Of a stretch of 64,000 nt of DNA, positions 24,701 to 35,809 are shown one piece after another; the stretch's first letter is position 1, and every line of letters begins with the position of its first letter. A program made the translations under genes and the position numbers. The stretch is taken from the NCBI RefSeq assembly GCF_001447785.1, contig NW_015172043.1:141996-205995 (forward strand), written 5' to 3'. Source of the stretch: Gekko japonicus. Lineage: Eukaryota. Below the pieces are notes generated by a model. That model ran no database searches. It saw only the letters and a list, made by a program, of their open reading frames with translations, and had not been told where the DNA came from.

Positions 24701-27700
24701 CGACGCGTAGCGTCACATCCTGGCAACGGCAGTGCAATGCGTATCGCTGTCCCCCGCAGCAGGGATCCTGTGAAGACGTGCGGATCCCCCGCCGCAGTTT
24801 GGCAGCCCTACCCATATGTCCATCTCCTATTTGGGCATTTCCATGGGACAATATATGTGAACAACAGGAAACCAGGAAGAGTCACGAGCCCTGTCTACTG
24901 TCATTTACAAAAGGGTAGTGTTCTTTCCTCAGAATTCAGCTGAGGCAGACATTGCCAAATCCTGAATGAGAAATTCTAGAGGCCAATATCCTGTGGCTAC
25001 TGTACCAAGAGAGGGGACAGTAGAGATGGGACTATATAGATTTTCCTCTTTTTTGATTATTCATATTTCTCTGGTTTTTATAGGTTATAGATTTGATTAC
25101 CCCATTGTACAGAGTAATACCCAAGACTAATTTCCCCAATCACTACAGTAATAAAACCAGTCATCAAGTTTTACACTGGCTAGAAAAGCTTGCTGGCCAC
25201 AGTATGGCCACAGTATGCACTTTCTTTGCATTTAAACTATACAGCCTGAAAATTCCATGGTGGTATAGAAAATACTCCTGCAAATCTTGTTGTGATAAGC
25301 ATTATCTTAAGAAAAAGAGCAATTCTTTAAAGAAATAATAGTAGTACCTTTAGAATGTTCAAGGCATATTTCAAGTAAGTCTTGTGGTAACTTTGAAAGA
25401 TAGGCCAGAATGACTGGGTTGAATACAGCACACTATTTCTGCAGGTGCAAGGACTTACATTAACAGAGCATGCCTGTCTCACCCCCCCCCCCCTTAAAAT
25501 CCTGCTCCTGGCAGGAGGGGACCTCTAGGAGCCGGCATTTGGGCTGCTGTGGGAGAGAAGAGCTGGGAAGGTCTCACTGTGTGGGCGTAAGTCTTTACAC
25601 CGCAGAACCAGTGCCCGGGATCCAACCCATTACCTCTATGAGGATGTGGGGGAGTATGAGATAATGGCTTACTTAAAGACAGCTACCAAAACTAATATGA
25701 AGGAGAAAAACTTTGGTTCAAAGATAATTCCTTTAACCGTTATGCAATAAATGCAGGCACTGCCCCAGTTGCTACCCTGAAACCACCACCACTGTCATTT
25801 CAGAGGTTCTGAGCTGCAGTAGCTTTGTTCAGACAGGAGCCAACAGCAGTGTTGTGCTGGGTTAAGCCTGTAGGGAGGAGCCTGACTCAACAGCCTCTCA
25901 ACTGAAAAGAGAGAAGGGAGCATCAGCAGAGACAACCAGGAGAGGAAATGGTAGCAAGGTCAAAATCAGAGAAAGGTGGTACCTCAGGAGAAAAGTAGGA
26001 CTTGGCATAGTTGGGTGGGAGCATGTAGATCAAGAAGTTTGAGTGCATCAAGGGGAGCAGAAGCATCCACAACTAAGCAGAGAAATCTGTGATGGAATCA
26101 CAAGGTGGTAGATTTCTGAGGGAAACTTTCATGGGACTGGAACAAGAGAGGAGCTGTATGTGTCTGTGGGCTTCCAGGTGGAGCCATTTTCTTGAGGGGA
26201 ACTAATCTCTGTAACCTGGAGACCAGTTGTAGTTCCAGGAAATCTCCAGCTACCAGCTGGAGACTAGCAACCCTATAATTTCAAAATCAACTGAAGCTGT
26301 CTTTAGTGGGAACTTGAAATAACACATTATCATCATCTGTCCTTTCCCACTTTCAAAGTCTGTCATGCTAAGAACATAAGAGACGCCAATGTTGGATCAG
26401 GCCAAAGGCCCATCCAGTCCAACACTCTGTGTCACACAGTGGCCAGAAATAACAGTGCCATCAGGAGGTCCACCAGGGGGGCCAGGACATTAGAAGCCCT
26501 CCCACTGTTGACCCCCCCAAGCACCAAGAAGACAGAGCATCACTTGCCCCAGAGCCCCGATCTATACCTTGTGGCTAATAGCCACTGATGGACCTCTGCT
26601 CCATATGCTTAACTATCCCTTTTGAAGCCGCCCATGCTTGTAGCTGCCACCACCTCCTGTGGCAGTGAATTCCATGTGTTAATCACTCTTTGGGTGAAGA
26701 AGTACTTCCTTTTATCCGTTCTAACCCGACCGCTCAGCAATTTCATGGAGTGCCCACGAGTTCTTGTATTGTGAGAAAGGGAGAAAAGTACCTCTTTCTC
26801 TACCTGCTCTATCCCATGTATAATCTTATAAACCTCAATCATGTCTCCCCTCAGTCGTCGTTTCTCCAAGCTAAAGAGCCCTAAGCGCTTTAACCTTTCC
26901 TCATAGGGAAAGTGTTCCCACCCTTTTATAATTCGAGTTGCCCTTTTCTGCACTTTTTCCAAAGCTACAATATCCTTTTTAAGGTGTGGTTACCAGAACT
27001 GCACACAGTATTCCAAATGAGGTCACACCATTGATTTATATAGGGGCATTATGATATTGGCTGATCTGTTTTCAATACCCTTCCTAATAATCCCCAGCAT
27101 AGCATTGGCCTTCTTTATTGCAGTCACACACTGTCTCGACATTTTCANNNNNNNNNNNNNNNNNNNNNNNNNNNNNNNNNNNNNNNNNNNNNNNNNNNNN
27201 NNNNNNNNNNNNNNNNNNNNNNNNNNNNNNNNNNNNNNNNNNNNNNNNNNNNNNNNNNNNNNNNNNNNNNNNNNNNNNNNNNNNNNNNNNNNNNNNNNNN
27301 NNNNNNNNNNNNNNNNNNNNNNNNNNNNNNNNNNNNNNNNNNNNNNNNNNNNNNNNNNNNNNNNNNNNNNNNNNNNNNNNNNNNNNNNNNNNNNNNNNNN
27401 NNNNNNNNNNNNNNNNNNNNNNNNNNNNNNNNNNNNNNNNNNNNNNNNNNNNNNNNNNNNNNNNNNNNNNNNNNNNNNNNNNNNNNNNNNNNNNNNNNNN
27501 NNNNNNNNNNNNNNNNNNNNNNNNNNNNNNNNNNNNNNNNNNNNNNNNNNNNNNNNNNNNNNNNNNNNNNNNNNNNNNNNNNNNNNNNNNNNNNNNNNNN
27601 NNNNNNNNNNNNNNNNNNNNNNNNNNNNNNNNNNNNNNNNNNNNNNNNNNNNNNNNNNNNNNNNNNNNNNNNNNNNNNNNNNNNNNNNNNNNNNNNNNNN

Positions 27701-30700
27701 NNNNNNNNNNNNNNNNNNNNNNNNNNNNNNNNNNNNNNNNNNNNNNNNNNNNNNNNNNNNNNNNNNNNNNNNNNNNNNNNNNNNNNNNNNNNNNNNNNNN
27801 NNNNNNNNNNNNNNNNNNNNNNNNNNNNNNNNNNNNNNNNNNNNNNNNNGTTTTAGGACCTCCTCCCTCGTCACCTCAATCTGACTCAGGTCTTTCAACA
27901 CCCCTCCTAAAAACAGCGGTTCTGGAGTGGGCAAGCACTTCTCATTTTCCACAGTGAAGACAGAGGCAAAAAATGCATTTAGCTTCTCAGCCATTTCCCT
28001 ATCATCCTTCAGTACTCCTTTTACCCCTTGGTTATCCAAGGGCCCCACTGCCTCCCTGGCTGGTTTCCTGCTTCTAATGTATTTGAAGAAAGTTTTATTG
28101 TTGGTTTTTATGTTTTTTGCTATATGCTCCTCATATTCCCTTTTTGCCTGCCTGACCACAGACTTGCATTTTATTTGCCATAGCCTGTGTTCCGTTTTAT
28201 CAGCCTCACTGTGACTAGCTTTCCACTGCTTAAAGGAATCCTTTTTACCTTTTACAGCTTCCATTACTTTGTTTGTTAACCATGCAGACTTTTTCCTATA
28301 CCTGTTTGTGCCTTTCCTAACCTGCGGAATATATTTCATTTTTTAGCTTCTAGGATTGTAGTTTTAAATAGTTTCCAAGCTTCCCCAATGGTTTTGACCC
28401 TTTCTACTTTTCCTTTCAGTTTCCTCCCCACATGTCCCCTCATATCAGAGAAGTTACCCCTTTTAAAGTTAAAAGTGGTTGTGTGAGTCTTTTTGGCCAC
28501 TTCCCTATTTATACAAATGTTGAACTCAACAACATTATGATCACTGTTTCCAAGTGGTGCAATCACTTTTACATCTCTCACCAGGTCTCTTGAGTGTTAC
28601 TTAGGACCAAATCAAGGATCGCCTCTCCCCTGGTAGGTTCCGTGAGCTCCATAGCACAGTCATTTAGAGTGTCTAGAAACTCAATCTCATTTCTCGACTA
28701 GAACACATATTGACCCAATCAATGTGTGGGTAGTTAAAATCACCTATTACAACAGAGTGTTTTTGTCTAGCTGCTATCTTTTGTCTAGTTGCTATGCTGA
28801 CTGAGGAGACCCCTTCACACTGTGAGGAAAATTTCTGTCACACAATTGCCAGGCCTGATTAACACAAGAAAAACATCAACTCTGCCTGCAGCAGCAATGT
28901 ATTGAGGAGGCAAAATCAGTGCTACAGATCATCAGGAAAGGAACTGAGAATAAAATGGTCAGTACTATAATCCCCCTGTATGTATCTATACCATGGTCTC
29001 ATATGGAATACTGTGTATAGTTCTGGTTTTTTCATTTCAAAAAGGGTACTGAAGAAGTTGGAAAAAGTACACAAAAGAACAACCAAAAGGACCACAGAGT
29101 GAGCAAAATGATCCACAGTGAGGCGGTGGGTAGATTTCTGAAGGGGGCTTGTGTAACAGCACATAGGGAAAGCGGAGATTGGTTGGGGGGCTAGCATGGG
29201 GAATGGAAGGGGCTTTGTGTATGTGTGTATCAAGCTTGTCTTCAAGGTCAACTGAAGTTTGTTGGGCACCTGGGGCTTTTCGTTTAGAAAGAAAAGGTGG
29301 CTGAATGGTGGCAAGAAGTACAGAGCTCTGCATAGTGTCGAGAAAGTAGACAGCTATATGGGGTTTTCAGGTAGACAGGCAGAATCTCTGACTGCCAGAT
29401 GCTGGAGAGTAATCAGTGGGTAAGGGCTGTTGTCTGAAGGCTCTACTTGTGGACTTCCCTGTGTGAGGCCATTGCTGGAAAGAGGATGCTATGACTGCGC
29501 AGTCAGACTGCAGGTCTGACATAGTGATTGCAATTTTGAGAGCTCTTTCACTTGAAAAACTCCCTGCAAACAAAAAACTGGCACAGCAAAGGAAGGTGAT
29601 GTAGGAACTTTTTCCTTGCTGTGCCAATTGCCTGGAGTTTCAAAATAAAGGCGCATTCAAAATCCACTTCCAGTCTGCTGTAGCGCAGTCCATTCTGCCC
29701 TTTCAGCATTCTATACCTCATCCTCCTGTATCTGTCAACAAAGAGGAACGCCTCTGCTCATCCTCAGTGCCCTCCAGACATCTCCCCTCCCACCAACCCC
29801 ACCCACGCAGCTGCACCTTCTGCTGTTTCCAAATGCAAACTGCAATGCAAAGAACAAACCCATGCTGCCCAGAACATCTTCCAAAACAGGGTGCTGAGTG
29901 GCTTTTGCCTACCTGTGAAGCCATCCAGTCCCATCCAGGCAGCTGAAAGGCATAGGCTGCATGGGAATATAGGGGTTGGGGGGGGGGATCTTTGATTTTT
30001 GCCCAGGGTACAAGATTTACTAGGACTTGCCATGCATTCAGTAGCCAGAAGAATATATGGACTAAACACTCTCTCTTCACAAGACTATTCTTTTTCTGGA
30101 GCACTCCTAAATAAATACCACTGTTTGTGTGTCTGTTTTAAGTGGAAAAGTTTCTCCTTCCCTTTTCCTTATAAACTCACCTTTGTGCAATATGGTGGGA
30201 CATTGAGGATGAAAAGGGTACGGTTTGGAGGCCTGTTAGGATCCGTTTCGTCTCTGACTTTGTGCTCCTTCACATAGAGGTAGTGAGGAGATTGATGCTT
30301 TTCAGAGAATTTCACTGGGATAGCTAAAAGAAGGGATATTTTGTGAACAACAGACCATAACAAGAACTCTTTAATCTACATCAAAAACAAATAGGGCCCA
30401 AGATTATCCATATTGTTCTGTTATTTTAACAAGCAAGCCTCCTTTCTCAAGTTAGTAAAGGTAAAGGTTCCCTTGCTCGAAAGACAGTCGAGTTCGACTC
30501 TAGGGTTGCAGTGCTCATCTCCGTTTCAAAGCCGAAGAGCCAGCGCTGTCCGAAGACGTTTCCGTGGTCATGTGGCCGGCATGACTAAACACTAAGGCGC
30601 ACGGAACACTGTTACCTTCCCACCAAAGTGGTACCTATTTATCTACTTGCAATTTCTTGCTTTCGAACTGCTAGGTTGGCAGGAGCTGGAACTAGAGACG

Positions 30701-31657
30701 GGAGCTCACTCCATCATGCGGCAACTCGGGTCTCGAACTGCTGAACTACTGACCTTCCACAGCCTGCAGTTCAGCGTCTTAACTACTTGAGTCACCGCAG
30801 CTCCATTTTCTCAAGTTACTAGCTTGTAATTTTCGATCTCTCTCACAACAAAGGTCATGGGTATTATCTGAAGCAGACAAGCACCTGAGCAATGGCAAAA
30901 GGCCAATAAACACAGGTTGTCAGGGAAAACTGCTTCATCAGCAGCTGCCACCACCGCAGGAGAATCTTCATTCTGAGACAGAGTTAAACATAACCTCACT
31001 CCCTGACATTTTGTGGTTGGCTCCACCTCCTGAGACAGCTGCACCCATCACCCTGTGTTCTAAAGGTGCTTACCAGCTCAAACAGGTAGGGGACCCCAGT
31101 CTAATGCTTAGAACGCATTCCATCCAGGTAAGAGGAACTCTAATCATGGTCTATTGCTTCAGAAATTTTTCTCCCCACCCTATTTCATTTCTGCTATCTA
31201 TGCTAGAAGAGGAAAAAAGGGTTGCCGGGAAAGCTGTGGTGAGGTAAAGCAACGCAGAACAGTTCTCCTCACCAGTGCACATATTTGTTAGTATTAGTCC
31301 CCTTAACCCCAGCCCAGATCATACCAATCAACACAAGCAGACACAGGGAGAGCAAGCAAGTGAGCGCTTACGTGGGGGGAGACAGTTAAACTCCTCGCAC
31401 TTAGAGGAGTCACCACCTGGAGCCTAAACCGGCGCAGCGCATTAACCAGCTTACTACATTAGTGAGAATTCTCTTTTGACCCACACCGTAATGGGGGGGA
31501 AACACAAAACCCCTACTCAGATTCCGCAAAGCTGGCAAGACCGTGGAAAACCCCCGACATTCACGCCTCAGTCCTGAAGAAACAAATGCTCACCTGTATA
31601 CCCTGCAGGAGCAACACACGCTACACCTTTCCCACGCTTCCTCTTGGAAGGCGCCAT
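18705..31657 (-). CDS. RRP7A: Ribosomal RNA-processing protein 7 homolog A, spliced gene, 7 exons, 279 aa
   Basis: Exons 31657-31594, 30323-30181, 24341-24216, 22470-22347, 20255-20158, 19735-19537, 18790-18705. All GT-AG, 840 nt. Motifs RTLFILNVPPYCT, PDEEGWVKV, LLNFYAWQHRE, RKFRPY*. Confidence 0.96.
19537..19735 (-). CDS. RRP7A: RRP7A exon 6
   Basis: GVPDEEGWVKVTRRGRR...FYAWQHRETKRE. Confidence 0.96.
20158..20255 (-). CDS. RRP7A: RRP7A exon 5
   Basis: KWISGY...VDAFMQAYDQKVAE. Confidence 0.94.
21019..21742 (-). mobile_element. Possible solo LTR
   Basis: TGTGG...CCACA ends, AATAAA on the minus strand near 21075; TSD imperfect (GTTT/GTCC). Confidence 0.4.
21974..22178. mobile_element. hAT MITE (same family as 56555-56760)
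   Basis: TIR CAGTGTTCCCTCTAAGC / GCTTAGAGGGAGCATTG; TSD (C/T)CAGTGAG. Confidence 0.85.
22347..22470 (-). CDS. RRP7A: RRP7A exon 4
   Basis: GFKVAYVVFK...TGIH. Confidence 0.94.
23145..23690 (+). mobile_element. tRNA-headed SINE interrupted by a MITE
   Basis: A-box TGGTATAGTGG head; same family as 48085-48365 (minus strand). Confidence 0.7.
23332..23590. mobile_element. Near-perfect palindromic hAT MITE (259 bp)
   Basis: 124-bp arms (23332-455, 23467-590) with 1 mismatch and an 11-nt loop; TAGG...CCTA ends; 8-bp TSD GTTGTGGG. Confidence 0.92.
24216..24341 (-). CDS. RRP7A: RRP7A exon 3 (126 nt, phase 0/0)
   Basis: ECLLRLFSSCCSVQSVEM...SKFFNTKTLL. Confidence 0.92.
24553..24810. mobile_element. 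Second palindromic hAT MITE, related subfamily, opposite orientation
   Basis: Self-complementary arms, right TIR TTTGGCAGCCCTA; loop is the reverse complement of the first copy's loop; left end eroded. Confidence 0.85.
26369..28780 (-). mobile_element. CR1 LINE (ORF2 EN-RT pieces), contains the assembly gap
   Basis: KVQKRATR, LGLFSLEKRRLRGD, TRGH, WNSLP, GNSDH, GDFNYP; TTCTTA-type 3' microsatellite. Confidence 0.92.
27148..27849. other. Assembly gap (702 N)
   Basis: Run of n characters. Confidence 1.
28925..29520 (+). mobile_element. Old CR1 fragments
   Basis: Degenerate LEYCV.FW / EKVQKRTTK and CR1 3'UTR-like sequence. Confidence 0.55.
30181..30323 (-). CDS. RRP7A: RRP7A exon 2
   Basis: AIPVKFSEK...NVPPYCTK. 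Confidence 0.95.
30455..30805 (-). mobile_element. Sauria SINE
   Basis: (ACCTTT) tail, GTGGTCATGTGGCCGGCATGAC core, TSD TTTCTCAAGTTA. Confidence 0.88.
31594..31657 (-). CDS. RRP7A: RRP7A exon 1 (MAPSKRKRG...GYT)
   Basis: ATG at 31657, GTGAGC donor. Confidence 0.88.
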
Positions 31658-31709
31658 TTCAGCGCACTAGGAGGAAGGCGCGTCATCGCCCAATTCCTGT
31701 TGCAGCAAA

Positions 31710-31729
31710 GCATTTTGGGGGCTGTAGTT
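31710..31729 (-). promoter_or_regulatory. ZNF143/THAP11-type composite motif in the RRP7A promoter
   Basis: Minus strand reads AACTACAGCCCCCAAAATGC, about 55-70 nt upstream of the ATG. Confidence 0.7.
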
Positions 31730-31736
31730 TCCCGTG

Positions 31737-31885
31737 CAAAGGATGAGATGGTTAGACAGTGTCATAGATGCAACGAACATGAAATTGAGCCAACTTCAGA
31801 GGACGGCGGAAGACAGGAAGGCCTGGCGTGATCTGGTCCATGGGGTCGCGAAGAGTCGGATTCGACTGTGCGACTGAACAACAAA
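31737..31885 (+). mobile_element. BovB/RTE LINE 3' end in the RRP7A promoter
   Basis: GTCCATGGGGTCGCGAAGAGTCGGA...CGACTGAACAACAA; 11-bp TSD AGTTTCCCGTG. Confidence 0.88.
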
Positions 31886-33439
31886 AGTTTCCCGTGTGGA
31901 CCTAGGTTAGGCGGCCGAATCTTCTGTACGAGAAAGAGAGACGGTTGGAGGGTACGGAGGTGTCTTAAAAACTGCATGGTCAAACCTGACTGCATTTGAA
32001 GTTTAAAAGCAAGTCAGGCATTTTATAAATTGAGGACAGAATGAGTTTCAGTTTGGTTTAAACCTCTGACATATTATGGCTGAGTATTGGAGGTTTGATG
32101 TGCCTTTGTTAAAAAAAAAGCAAACCCATAGAAACTAACGACGAGAAAATGTCACACCCTCTCCTGTGGGCGTTTTGGTGTGGAGTGCGCACTCTGAGGA
32201 TGAACGAGTCCCCAAGAGGTTGCAGAGAGACTAGCATTGACTGGCTACTTATCTTACCTTTTTAAGTAGTGCCTGCTCAGCACCCGTTGGGCATTTCCCA
32301 TTACATTTCGGATTATTTTCCTTGGGGAAAAAATCTGTAGCTTTGAAGGAGTGGAATGTTATGCTGCAGGATTGAAATGTGATGCCCTAGACCGTTATAA
32401 GGAAGTGACTGGCGTGGTAATTTGGAGGCTTATGCTGAGAAAGAAAAAAATCATACTGATTGTAAACACTATCCAGGCTGCAGAGAGCAGTTCCCCTAGA
32501 GACAATGCAGCTTGGGAGGGTGGAGTCTACAGCATTATACCCGGCTGAAGTCCTTCTCCTCCCCAAACTTTGCCCCTGTCCAGCTCTACCCTATATTTTT
32601 AGGAATTTCCCAACCTTGTGTAGATACTTGACATGTACACTGAGCTGTAGCTGCTCTTACAGTTAGGCAATAAGAAAACACACTTACTGGTCTACTCAGT
32701 ATTCTTCTGAAATCTGTTCAATGGGTCTTATTCCCAGAAAACGTTCTTAGGGGCTGCACTGTTAGGAAATTAAAATTGCAGCATTAATATTCTCACTGAC
32801 ACACTACACTTCTTGTTACTGTACTTTTCTGAACTGTTTCCCTTAAATGAACATTAATTCTCTTGTGATGATGTGATGCTAATGTCATCCAGCCTGTACA
32901 GGAAAACTAATTTATTAGGGTTGTTTTGAACTGAGCATGGGCTATTCATAGCTTTACAGTAAGGTCCTTCTACCATTAAGACAGCAGTCCTATCTATACC
33001 TGGAAATAAATCCCGTGGAATTCAGTGGGGATGTATTTCTGAGTAAGCATGCTTAGGACTGCTTTGTAATTCAGGCAGCCTTTATTTATTTATTTTTTAA
33101 AAAACCCAAAGCATTTCTATCTCTGGTCTGCCTCTAAAGTGTTAGCCTACTTAGCAAGTGTTTTTTCCTTAATCTATTTGCTACTAGAGCTTCCACTTGT
33201 TGCAATTTCCTTCTATAAGGAACTTTTTGATGTTGTTACTGGTAATGGAATGAGAAGATGGGAAATAGTCATGGCCACCAGAGGCTGCCATATTTGACAA
33301 TTTCTGCCAATCACAATATCTAGGGGAAGCTAATTTCGCTGGCAAATAAGTGGTTTTGATCTATTTCTCTCTAGATTCGTATACTACAGACATTCAAACA
33401 GAACATGCTTCTCAGTTTCTGTGATCCCTAAACCACAAC

Positions 33440-34535
33440 CACAATATCTATCTGAAAAACTTATTCCTTAATATATGGCCTTCAGAGATCATGGATGGGT
33501 GGAACATCTAATCTAATTGGTCACCTGTGTCTTGGAATTGTAAGGTTAAACAAGTATTTTGGAATTGTAGAGAGAGGTGGGATTCCATAAAATAAGTAGA
33601 GCAAATGTGTCTAGCCTTCCAGATGGTAGTATTTATATCAGTCTTCATAATCAACTGCTTGATAGTCTTATGGGCTAGGGGCCACCCTAGCTCAATAACT
33701 GCTTTCTCTGGGCATTGTATGATACTCAATTTTTCTATTATAGCCTGATTCCATGAACCGGATAAATTATCTTGTTTCATGTAATATAATAAACTATTAG
33801 GGGATTATCAGATAGAGATGTTCCGATTTTCTTGTTAAAAATGTGTGTTTTTTTATATCCTCTTGTAATGTCCACTGAAGTATACTGCAATTTTTGCAGT
33901 CTGTTAACAATATAATTTTGCTCTATTTCTTGCAGTGCACCAGAAGAAGTTAGCAATCGTAGTTCCACTGTATCTGGATGCATATTACTCAGGGGATTAA
34001 TGTCACTTTCCCTAAAGGGATTAGAATCATCAGTGATGGGATCAGCTGAAGATGCAACTACTATGTTAATATTTTCATCTGTGATTTTTATAGGGTTGAT
34101 TAGATGCTCTTCTAGCTTATTGGAACTTGGTCTTTCACCTTTAGAATTTTGAAAGGCTAAATGTCTAAAAGGACATTAGACACAACAAGCTCCTAATTAA
34201 AAATCAAAATAAAATAAAATAGGAAGAGTATCTTCCTAACACTTTAGGAATGTGACACAGCTTGATCCTGCCTGATTAGTTATCAAACAAAGCCAGCTAA
34301 TTAAATATCAAAGCTAGTGAAGCTGAACTGAAAGGGGGGAAACTCCTTGAACAGCTCCCTGCCTTCCATTTTCCACTCCCAAAATTCCTTTTCTTCAATT
34401 ACAATAACATAGTAACCAACAAAAGGAATCAAATACTTTAAAAAGATAACAGAAATAAAAGTAAGTAGAATAGACAAAGAAGATACAAAATAACCGCTCT
34501 GCTTGAAGCTGCCTACACTCCAACCAGAAACCAGA
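33440..34535 (-). mobile_element. Unclassified AT-rich insertion, possibly a LINE 5'UTR/ORF1 remnant
   Basis: Interrupts the SERHL2-paralog homology; two adjoining minus-strand ORFs (33508-33983) with no motif I recognise. Confidence 0.3.
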
Positions 34536-34628
34536 ACTTTTGCTGGTAGTACTACTTATGTACCCCATGAAAGGCTTTGGTTAAAGGAGCTATAACTGCT
34601 TCTGATTTGCAGGAATATGAATGGGTAT

Positions 34629-35574
34629 TGTGGAAGGTGTAAACAATGCCTGATTTTGATTTTGTTCTGATTTTATTCGAATTGCTATACCTGCATTGAA
34701 AATTGGTCTTATATTGCCATATTGTATAATGCTGGGACTGATGCTGTAGTTTCTAGACAAGAAGGATGTTTTTCATGCACATTCCTTCTCTTATTATCAA
34801 CACCTCATGTAGCTGAAAAGATATCTTTTCCTTCCTTTCCCAAGCATAAACAAGCTTTGTGTATGGTACCAGTGAAGGACATAGATTAGAGAAGAAATGG
34901 GCCCCTGCTTTGAAATCGAAGGGAACTTTCTCAGGCAGGAAATTTATGTTTTTACAATATATTGAATTAGGGAAATTTTTAACAAGAAAATCGGAACATC
35001 TCTATCTGATAATCCCCTAATAGTTTATTATATAACATGAAACAAGATAATTTATCCAGTTCATGGAATCAGGCTATAATAGAAAAATTGAGTATCATAC
35101 AATGCCCAGAGAAAGCAGTTATTGAGCTATATTGAATTAGGGAGATTAGGGTGCTTGTCACCCTTTGGTATGCTCATGAATACTTCAAGGGGTTCTTGAA
35201 TACTTCCAAAAGGAAATCTTCTTGTCCCTTGTTATCTAAACACATTAACAATGTAATGTATGAATGTAAATGAATGTAATTGGACCCCAAATTGGGGTAC
35301 GCCAATGAGATAATGTCAGCATATATGATGCCAATGTACCTGTTAGCCAATAACGTTTTTTATGGATTGTAAACCTGTGTGATGTCATTTTGGGTCTAAG
35401 ACCTTCTGCCCTTCATGCTTGAGGAGAGATCAGCTTGGCACAATGGATGCTTAAGCATTACATTCTGTATCTCCTGTTAATTGCAATAAGCAGTTAGTTA
35501 TCCAGTTCACTGGACTCTGCCTGTGTGTCCTCCATCGGGCCCCTGGGACACACGGGGTACAGATTTGTGCAGCA
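34629..35574 (+). mobile_element. Solo LTR (4-bp TSD, ERV1/Gypsy-like)
   Basis: TG...CA ends, TSD GTAT (34625-28, 35575-78); removing it restores the pseudo-exon. Confidence 0.8.
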
Positions 35575-35809
35575 GTATTAAAGTGCCAAGGGAAGCTGCT
35601 GTAGGCTCTGATGAATATTGAGACAAACATGCAGCCCTCAAGTGGCACATCAGAAGTGAGTTCTCTTTGGACCCTTATCCCTGACTTTGGGGTACTGTAG
35701 TAGGATAAGTGTGGGTCCTGCCAAGCACAATTTAATAGATGATTCTGTTCAGCTTGTGTTATACTAAAGGTCCTGAATTTTTCAGCAAGAATTTCAAGCA
35801 CTGTATTGC

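Larger units (their letters stand above)
33240..35730 (+). pseudogene. Degraded duplicate of SERHL2 intron6-exon7-intron7 (pseudo-exon 34613-35655, interrupted by an LTR)
   Basis: tctgatttgcag|GAATATGAA... matches 11119-11138; after removing the LTR it reads EYEWVLKCQGKLL*ALMNIETN...SPQVAHQ and ends gtgagttctctttggac as at 11243. Confidence 0.8.

Noticed and set aside
27023-28339. Long ORFs (438, 277 and 279 aa) in the ORF track
   Set aside because: They run through the 702-N gap; the real portions are CR1 ORF2 or its antisense
33272-33289. CTCF-like motif TGGCCACCAGAGGCTGCC
   Set aside because: The 3' half deviates from consensus; unsupported without ChIP data
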